DNA of 32,000 bases from contig JAEWIG010000054.1 in the NCBI GenBank assembly GCA_023387295.1, forward strand, positions 12,510-44,509, given 5' to 3'. The translations under genes were made by a program, and so were the position numbers. This document shows, one piece after another, positions 26,907-32,000 of the stretch. Below the pieces are notes generated by a model that ran no database searches, was not told where the DNA came from, and worked only from the letters and a program-made list of their open reading frames with translations. The number at the start of each line of letters is the position of its first letter. Positions within the stretch are counted from its first letter, which is position 1. Origin of the DNA: Bacillota bacterium (lineage in GTDB: Bacteria; Bacillota; Bacilli; Bacillales; Cytobacillaceae).

Positions 26907-27728
26907 CTAAATTCCATATCTGTCATGGTTCACTAGCATCGTATAATGATTTCCAATCGATGATGGAGCATTAAATAATGCCGCCATAATGTAAGCCTTT
27001 GTATTCCATACTCTCGTTTTATTTTCTTTGATCCCTTCTAACACCTTTTCAATATGTGAAGAATCCAATTGTTTAAAACGCTCCTGTACAAATGCAACTG
27101 GATACTCTAAGTCTCGACCAATCTTTATAATGCTACCTTTACTCACTGCAACTTCCATCATGATTTCAACAAATTCATCTACCTGACTTTTGTTATAAAT
27201 GGATACAATATGTTCATAATCAATCTGCTGTTTCATTTGCTCTCTCAGTGTGTGTATTTCCTTCCTTCCGTCTTCTTTATTATCCGAAGGAAGGAAGGAA
27301 TGATTATTTAATTCATAAATATTTAATTGATTTGTATTTTGTATATTAGTATTTAATTGTGCGGTATTTTCCATATCCGAACTATCCATATACGGGTTTT
27401 CCGTATGTGGTAAAACCGTATCTGGTTGAACCATTCTTGGCTTTTCATAAATAACATACTCCGTATCGCTTATACGTCCATCACTACCCCGAATTCGATT
27501 CCGAATAATATAGCCACAATTCTCTAATTCCTTAAGCCCGCTGCCAATGCTATCGACTCCCTCTTTACAAATCGATGCCAATCCCCTTGTGGTGTAATTC
27601 CAATCATTCGGAAGAGACAACATCATCGATAACAAGCCTTTGGACTTCAATGATAAGTTCGTATCCTTTAAATGATAATTACTCATTACCGTATAATCTT
27701 TTGTCCTCTCAACTCGGTATACAGCCAA
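26907..27728 (-). CDS. Winged-helix DNA-binding protein with DUF6017-like C-terminus (putative ICE replication/maintenance initiator)
   Basis: 273 aa. TTG start 7 nt after GGGAGGTG. The N-terminus (M)AVYRVERTKDYTVMSNYHLKDTNLSLKSKGLLSMMLSLPNDWNYT is the conserved HTH_36-type motif seen next to parAB on these elements. Confidence 0.7.
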   Translation of the reverse strand: MAVYRVERTKDYTVMSNYHLKDTNLSLKSKGLLSMMLSLPNDWNYTTRGLASICKEGVDSIGSGLKELENCGYIIRNRIRGSDGRISDTEYVIYEKPRMVQPDTVLPHTENPYMDSSDMENTAQLNTNIQNTNQLNIYELNNHSFLPSDNKEDGRKEIHTLREQMKQQIDYEHIVSIYNKSQVDEFVEIMMEVAVSKGSIIKIGRDLEYPVAFVQERFKQLDSSHIEKVLEGIKENKTRVWNTKAYIMAALFNAPSSIGNHYTMLVNHDRYGI

Positions 27729-27804
27729 CCATTGCCACCTCCCTATCTTGATTTTGACACAAAAATAGCACAGCTACTTGACTCTATGAGTTTTGACCGT
27801 GCTA

Positions 27805-28734
27805 TTAACGTTCGATATTTTGTTGTCGTTTCTTTTGCCATTGATCCAGTAATTTGATAATGGTTTCCTCCATCTTCTGTGGTGTATAATTCCCAGGAAA
27901 ATACTTTCGTAAAGTATCGTTACTTATCGTAACTTTGATTTGTTCACTTTTCTTTTCCTCTGACATAATCGCTCGCACCACATCGATGGAGAGAGTACCT
28001 TCTTGACTAAACTTCTTAAGTCGTTGTGCCTGAGAGAGTGATGGCGTTGCTTGCTCACTGTCCATGGCATCTAGAAGTTGTTCTTGTTCGTCTTTTTTTA
28101 AGAAGGATAGTTCGTAAGCTGGATTGAAGGCTATCTTCTTGGTGTCTACCATATCAAGGAGGTCATGGATGAGTTCGGTTAGTCTTATGAAACGTTGTAC
28201 TTGATTCCTGCTTGAACCAGATTGTTCCGCAACTATCTCATCTGCACGTAACAACTTCGTCCCAACTTGGGACGAAGTCAAATCATTTCTAATCCCTTGA
28301 TGTTTTAATGCATCAACCTTCATTTTAAAAGCAAATGCCCTCTCACTAGGCAACAAATTCTCTCTCTGCAAATTCGAATCCACCATAATTATGGTAGCTG
28401 CGTCATCATCCAAATCCCGTACAATCACAGGCATTGTCTCTAACCCTGCTAATTCACTTGCCCGATGTCTACGATGACCTGCAATTAATTCATATCCTCC
28501 TTCTTCTCTTGGCCTTGCGATTGCAGGGACCAACACGCCATACTGCTTAACACTTTCTGCTGTATCAAGCATAGATTCATCATCAATCACTTTAAATGGA
28601 TGTTCCCTAAACGGAAATAACTCTGTCAAAGATATCTCCATCACCTTTTCTCGTGTAGCATCGATTCTATTTTCCTCGGTTGTAAATAAGTCATCTACAG
28701 TATTCAACTTTATGTTTTTGACAGAGCTTTTCAC
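27805..28734 (-). CDS. parB: ParB/Spo0J-family partition protein
   Basis: 309 aa. GTG start 7 nt after AAGGAGGTG. ParB box GVLVPAIARPREEGGYELIAGHRRHRASELAG. HTH region after it. Confidence 0.9.
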   Translation of the reverse strand: MKSSVKNIKLNTVDDLFTTEENRIDATREKVMEISLTELFPFREHPFKVIDDESMLDTAESVKQYGVLVPAIARPREEGGYELIAGHRRHRASELAGLETMPVIVRDLDDDAATIIMVDSNLQRENLLPSERAFAFKMKVDALKHQGIRNDLTSSQVGTKLLRADEIVAEQSGSSRNQVQRFIRLTELIHDLLDMVDTKKIAFNPAYELSFLKKDEQEQLLDAMDSEQATPSLSQAQRLKKFSQEGTLSIDVVRAIMSEEKKSEQIKVTISNDTLRKYFPGNYTPQKMEETIIKLLDQWQKKRQQNIER

Positions 28735-29512
28735 CTTGTAACACCTCCTTCGTTAGATTTCTATATGCATCTGCCACCTTTCCTTTAGGATCATGAGCAA
28801 AGATACTTTTCCCAACTGCACTAATTTCAGCTGCTCTTACGGAATGTGGGATATCCGTTTGAAATAATTTAATTGTATTCCCATAAGTTTCTCTAAGAAG
28901 TGTACTAATATCCTTTGCAAAATTAGTCCTATTATCCATCATTGTAATTAGTATACCCTCAATCTTTAGATTCGGATTGATTTGCTTTCTTACTTTACTG
29001 ATTGTCTGTAGCAACTGTTCTAATCCTTTAGCGGACAAGTACTGTGCTTGTACCGGTATTAATATACTATCCGATGCAGCTAACGCATTTACAGTTAACA
29101 TTCCAAGAGATGGCATACAATCTAATAAAATATAATCATACTGACTTCGAACGGTATCAATGTACTGCTTTAAAATTGTTTCCCTACTCATTGTATTTAT
29201 TAGCGATATCTCTGTTCCAGATAGTTCAATGTTAGCCGGTAGTAAGTCAATCCCTTCTTCAAGAGATAAAACACCTTCTCTTCTACCTACTGACATATCA
29301 ACTATTATCTTACCCATAATTGAAGAAAGCGTTGTTTGTAATGTATCTGGCTGTACAAATCCTAAACTAATCGATAAACTACCTTGTGGATCTGTGTCAA
29401 CTAATAAAACTTTCTTCCCTTCCTTAGCTAGTCCAATACCAAGATTGGCACAAGTGGTTGTTTTGCCTACACCACCTTTTTGATTGGCAATGGCGATTAC
29501 TTTTGCATTCAA
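28691..29512 (-). CDS. parA: ParA/Soj-family partition ATPase
   Basis: Deviant Walker A IANQKGGVGKTTT. The start is best placed at TTG 29510-29512, 4-5 nt after GGAGGGAG, giving MNAKVIAIANQKGG... (273 aa). The 329-aa track ORF extends through a terminator and into the upstream gene. Confidence 0.9.
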   Translation of the reverse strand: MNAKVIAIANQKGGVGKTTTCANLGIGLAKEGKKVLLVDTDPQGSLSISLGFVQPDTLQTTLSSIMGKIIVDMSVGRREGVLSLEEGIDLLPANIELSGTEISLINTMSRETILKQYIDTVRSQYDYILLDCMPSLGMLTVNALAASDSILIPVQAQYLSAKGLEQLLQTISKVRKQINPNLKIEGILITMMDNRTNFAKDISTLLRETYGNTIKLFQTDIPHSVRAAEISAVGKSIFAHDPKGKVADAYRNLTKEVLQGEKLCQKHKVEYCR

Positions 29513-29533
29513 TTTACTCCCTCCTCTTTTCAT

Positions 29534-29563
29534 AAAAAAAGAAGCTAACCAATGGCTAACTTC
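29534..29563 (-). terminator. Strong Rho-independent terminator closing the HTH + 375-aa cassette, immediately upstream of the parA SD
   Basis: Minus-strand RNA GAAGUUAGCC-AUU-GGUUAGCUUC (10 bp, two G-U pairs) followed by UUUUUUU. It starts 37 nt after the stop of the 375-aa gene. Confidence 0.65.
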
Positions 29564-29600
29564 AATCTTTTGCTCTAACAAATTATTACTACTTATAGTA

Positions 29601-30728
29601 TTACATCTGTTTTTCATTTTCCAAAAAGTGTAACATAGCTTTTTTATTTTGCTTGGTGAACTCACGTAGATTTTCATCACTAGTTAACTCTATAATTTTA
29701 TTATAGTATTCTATTGTTAGTTCATATTCTTCATTACGGCTATGGGCATCAATTATTATCGAATACAACTCACATATCGTTTCTGTTGCATCTTCATAAA
29801 ACTTCATTAACTTTTTTGCTGTTTCGATTGCTTTATCATTTTCATTAACAGCTGCATACTGATATACTATTGCTTCCAATATATCTTGTACATCACCTTC
29901 TCGTTTTAAAAGTTCCTCAAACACTTTTATTGATTCATCAAAACAGTTTAATTCTCTTAATATAATTCCTCTAGAATACATAAAATCATTACAATTTTTT
30001 TTCTTAATAGCAGTATTAATTAAACACAGTGCTTGATAAACTTCCTCTTCCGATATACTATTTTCAAGTACAGTACTTGCTTTCTTCTCTAAAATGTTTT
30101 CAGACTCATCACAGTCTAATGATTTTGTTAATTTATCCTGATCATATATTGTATTAATGAACCCATTTTCATATTTCTCAATATATTTTACAACCTTTGG
30201 AACAATCTCCATTTTTGCATATTCTGAATCTGCATACCAAAGATTAGATTGTCCCATTCCTCTTCCTTGTCCCTCAACTGATGCTCTTGAGATTACAAAT
30301 GTTCTCTCAACTTCTGGTAATAAGTAAGTATCATCTGCTTTCGCTTTTACTCTGTAATAAAGATTTCTTCCTATTGTAGGAATTGCATCTATCTCTTGTG
30401 CATAACGATAAACAGTAGCATTCTTATACCACCCTACAATAACATGGTTTTCTGAATCATCCGCTTTTGCACACCATACAACTAGAACATTATCTACAAC
30501 TTCAGCACTACCCCTAACTTTCTCAAACCTTTCAATATGGATTTGTCCATCTATATGTACAAATCCATAACAATTATGATTATAATCTTGAAAATTGTAG
30601 ATTTCTCCTACATCTCTTCCATCATTATGCTCTTTTATCCAAGCCCCTCCATATTTACTAACGGTGTCATCATTATCAACACCGCAATAATTAGTCATGT
30701 ATGTAATATTACAAAATAAAATTTTCAT
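29601..30728 (-). CDS. Hypothetical 375-aa protein: beta-rich N-terminal domain (~190 aa) plus helical TPR-like C-terminal repeats; no catalytic motif recognised
   Basis: ATG 30726-30728 (MKILFCNITYMTNYCG...) is preceded by AAAGGA, which overlaps the stop of the upstream HTH gene (5-nt gap). The C-terminal ~150 aa show roughly 34-aa helical repeats (FMYSRGIILRELNCFDESIKVFEELL..., AIVYQYAAVNENDKAIETAKKLM..., LYSIIIDAHSRNEEYELTIEYYNKII...). Confidence 0.7.
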   Translation of the reverse strand: MKILFCNITYMTNYCGVDNDDTVSKYGGAWIKEHNDGRDVGEIYNFQDYNHNCYGFVHIDGQIHIERFEKVRGSAEVVDNVLVVWCAKADDSENHVIVGWYKNATVYRYAQEIDAIPTIGRNLYYRVKAKADDTYLLPEVERTFVISRASVEGQGRGMGQSNLWYADSEYAKMEIVPKVVKYIEKYENGFINTIYDQDKLTKSLDCDESENILEKKASTVLENSISEEEVYQALCLINTAIKKKNCNDFMYSRGIILRELNCFDESIKVFEELLKREGDVQDILEAIVYQYAAVNENDKAIETAKKLMKFYEDATETICELYSIIIDAHSRNEEYELTIEYYNKIIELTSDENLREFTKQNKKAMLHFLENEKQM

Positions 30729-30733
30729 AGTTC

Positions 30734-31282
30734 TCATCCTTTCAATATTCCTGTTATTAAACAAGATAACATATTTGTTCCCTTTTCGAGCGGTGGATGT
30801 TTCATTGGATTATTTTCACTCCACGGTAATTGCACATAAACTACTTCACGACTTCTTTCTTTCACAATGGTTATACAATATGTTTCATCTAATAATACAT
30901 CCAGTATATAAAACAAACTTCCATGTGTAGCTAGTAATTCCTTTTTTATTTCGATAACAGTTCCACATCCTTCTGAAACACAACGGTTCATTGATTCCAA
31001 TAGAAATCCATACTCTTGTTCTCGATACATCTTACTCATCCGCTTTATTCCTTTTCTCTCAAAAACATTAGCTGACTTTGTGTAGCCCAAAGCGCCTTTC
31101 ATCCATTCCAAATCAATATCTAAAATAATCGATATTTTAAAAAGTTCTTCCGTGGAAATCCTGTTATTTTGCAATTTATCATATAATGTCTTAACTGGAA
31201 TATTTAAATCTTTTGCTAGTTGCTCATTACTCTTACCCCGTAATTTTATGTGCTTTTTAATAATTTCTGCTACGTTAAACAA
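30734..31282 (-). CDS. XRE-type HTH protein with an uncharacterised ~110-aa C-terminal domain
   Basis: 182 aa. TTG start 7 nt after AGGAGGTGA. N-terminus IKLRGKSNEQLAKDLNIPVKTLYDKLQNNRISTEELFKISIILDIDLEWM is an HTH. The C-terminal part has no motif I recognise. Confidence 0.75.
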   Translation of the reverse strand: MFNVAEIIKKHIKLRGKSNEQLAKDLNIPVKTLYDKLQNNRISTEELFKISIILDIDLEWMKGALGYTKSANVFERKGIKRMSKMYREQEYGFLLESMNRCVSEGCGTVIEIKKELLATHGSLFYILDVLLDETYCITIVKERSREVVYVQLPWSENNPMKHPPLEKGTNMLSCLITGILKG

Positions 31283-31324
31283 TTCATCACCTCCTGGTAA
31301 ATATATGATAACAAGTAGAGAGAA

Positions 31325-31558
31325 TCACAGCAATCTATAATATTCTGAATTTGTCAGAATATCTACGTTGAAATATTTTGTACAATATAAATAATTTGAT
31401 TCAGTCTCTTTCAAATCATGAATATCCCTCATTGTTGTTCTATTCGAAATCCCGTATTTATCCATAATATCTTGTAATTGAAATTCTCTTCCTTTTTTTT
31501 ATATATACAAGCATTCCGATAATCGTTCTTTCCTTGTTATTTCCTCACTCCCATGCAT
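31325..31558 (-). pseudogene. Possible remnant of a DeoR/HTH_11-type (WYL-regulator-like) N-terminus with an in-frame TAA
   Basis: The minus-strand frame reads MHGSEEITRKERLSECLYI-stop-KKGREFQLQDIMDKYGISNRTTMRDIHDLKETES...RLL-stop. The ERL...ISNRTTMRDI layout is HTH_11-like. The stop (plus 31499-31501) sits at the junction of a TATATAT tract and an A8 tract. There is no SD before the ATG, and no sensor domain follows. Confidence 0.35.
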
Positions 31559-31582
31559 TTTTTAACCCAAATTACTATCCTC

Positions 31583-31612
31583 AGTATACGATACCAAAAG
31601 AACATTGTACAA
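31583..31612 (-). promoter_or_regulatory. Candidate sigma-A promoter facing the HTH cassette
   Basis: On the minus strand: TTGTAC (31607-31612), an 18-nt spacer, then TATACT (31583-31588). Confidence 0.3.
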
Positions 31613-31684
31613 GTTTGGCCCCAATTTTTCATTTTTCATCCCACTTAAACTTCTAAAACCCCTTATAAATCAAGGCTTTCAGTC

Positions 31685-31723
31685 TGGCTCCAGCACCTCC
31701 AATTTGGCTCCAATTTGGCTCCA
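31685..31723. repeat. Cluster of three direct TGGCTCCA motifs including a perfect 11-bp tandem (AATTTGGCTCC x2, 31701-31722)
   Basis: TGGCTCCA occurs at 31685-31692, 31705-31712 and 31716-31723. The last two are spaced exactly one helical turn apart. Confidence 0.7.
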
Positions 31724-31801
31724 AACCCCTATCTAAAACCCCATTTTTACCCCATATTTTATGATATTTTACGATACTTTACAGTAACCAATCTGAAAAC
31801 T

Positions 31802-31840
31802 AAAAAAGCCGCAACCCCTTATAAATACTGGGCTCACGGC
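31802..31840 (-). terminator. Candidate Rho-independent terminator for transcription entering from the right edge
   Basis: Minus-strand RNA GCCGUGAGCCC-AGUAUUUAUAA-GGGGUUGCGGC (7 bp including two G-U pairs, one mismatch, then 3 G-C pairs) followed by UUUUUU. The plus-strand version has C-A mismatches instead. Confidence 0.5.
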
Positions 31841-31947
31841 ACTTTTTTTAAAGTTCATAAGGTGTAACTTGATAAACATAATAAGCGGAATGTGGGGAAA
31901 TTGGAGTTGTGAGGAGCCCTATATTTATCGTACTTTCAGAAGTTTCT

Positions 31948-31987
31948 TGGCTCCAAATTTTCCATTTTGGCTCCAAAACTGGCTCCA
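31948..31987. repeat. Second cluster of three direct TGGCTCCA motifs
   Basis: TGGCTCCA occurs at 31948-31955, 31968-31975 and 31980-31987. An inverted core (GGAGCC) lies at 31913-31918. Separately, AACCCCTTATAAAT repeats at 31657-31670 and 31813-31826, and TCTAAAACCCC repeats at 31652-31662 and 31732-31742. Confidence 0.7.
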
Positions 31988-32000
31988 TTTTTAATTTGAC

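Larger units (their letters stand above)
9044..29512 (-). mobile_element. Conjugation, relaxosome and partition backbone of a Firmicutes integrative conjugative element (ends and integrase not in window)
   Basis: Co-directional set: relaxase, MobC, ArdC-like, VirB4, VirD4, VirB6-like, PrgI-like, NlpC/P60 hydrolase, Maff2, PcfB, ParA and ParB. This gene order is typical of Clostridial CTn-type ICEs. Confidence 0.85.

Noticed and set aside
29513-29680. 56-codon N-terminal extension of the ParA ORF, overlapping the 3' end of the 375-aa gene
   Set aside because: The extension runs through a 10-bp-stem/U7 terminator and has no SD. TTG 29512 sits right after GGAGGGAG and gives the canonical ParA N-terminus.
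491-31340. All plus-strand ORFs in the track (60-118 aa, e.g. 491-694, 2775-3077, 5367-5642, 15389-15709, 26166-26522, 29160-29483, 30697-30930)
   Set aside because: Each lies antisense to and inside a longer, motif-supported minus-strand gene. They have low-complexity, hydrophobic translations and lack SD sequences. These are typical shadow ORFs of AT-rich DNA.
31685-31987. TGGCTCCA repeat clusters considered as a CRISPR array
   Set aside because: The repeats are only 8-11 bp long with irregular spacing of 11-20 bp, and there are no cas genes. This is not CRISPR architecture.
31283-32000. Search for a tRNA gene, att core or integrase marking the ICE end
   Set aside because: I found no cloverleaf-compatible sequence or T-loop (GGTTCGAATCC-like) motif and no recombinase ORF. 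The element boundary cannot be placed from this window.

Overview
This is low-GC, Firmicutes/Clostridia-type DNA, and every credible gene lies on the minus strand. The plus-strand ORFs in the track look like shadow ORFs. The window is an internal slice of an integrative conjugative element (ICE) of the Clostridial CTn5-like kind. I recognise the gene families from memory (Maff2, TTRAP, PcfB, DUF4366/DUF4315/DUF5688, PrgI-like, CD1845-like); no search was run.

In the direction of transcription (right to left) the window contains:
- a repeat-dense non-coding end region (31283-32000);
- a self-contained two-gene cassette (29601-31282): an HTH protein plus a 375-aa protein with a beta-rich N-terminal half and a TPR-like C-terminal half, with its own SD sites and a strong terminator;
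- maintenance genes: parA, parB, a wHTH/DUF6017-like gene, a DpnD+DUF3846-like gene and a DUF4406-like gene;
- an AT-rich single-gene cassette (24929-25651) with its own terminator;
- a complete Gram-positive T4SS module: PcfB, VirD4, Maff2, VirB6-like, RadC, PrgI-like, VirB4, NlpC/P60, DUF4315, DUF4366 and DUF5688;
- a 593-bp non-coding region (candidate oriT or leader);
- the relaxosome/anti-restriction operon: ArdC-like, TTRAP, MobC, a small membrane protein and the relaxase;
- a cargo defence island.

The defence island holds a GIY-YIG nuclease, a 979-aa CoiA-nuclease/UvrD-helicase/Zn-ribbon fusion, a 427-aa internally duplicated helical protein, and the 5' part of a type 1 BREX operon (XRE regulator, brxA, brxB, brxC). 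brxC runs off the left edge and is absent from the supplied ORF track.

I saw no rRNA, tRNA, CRISPR array, transposase or integrase, and the element ends are not in the window. The best candidates for an undescribed system are the GIY-YIG + CoiA/UvrD pair with its 427-aa neighbour (3800-8862) and the HTH + 375-aa cassette (29534-31282). All family names come from motif recognition by eye, not from database searches.
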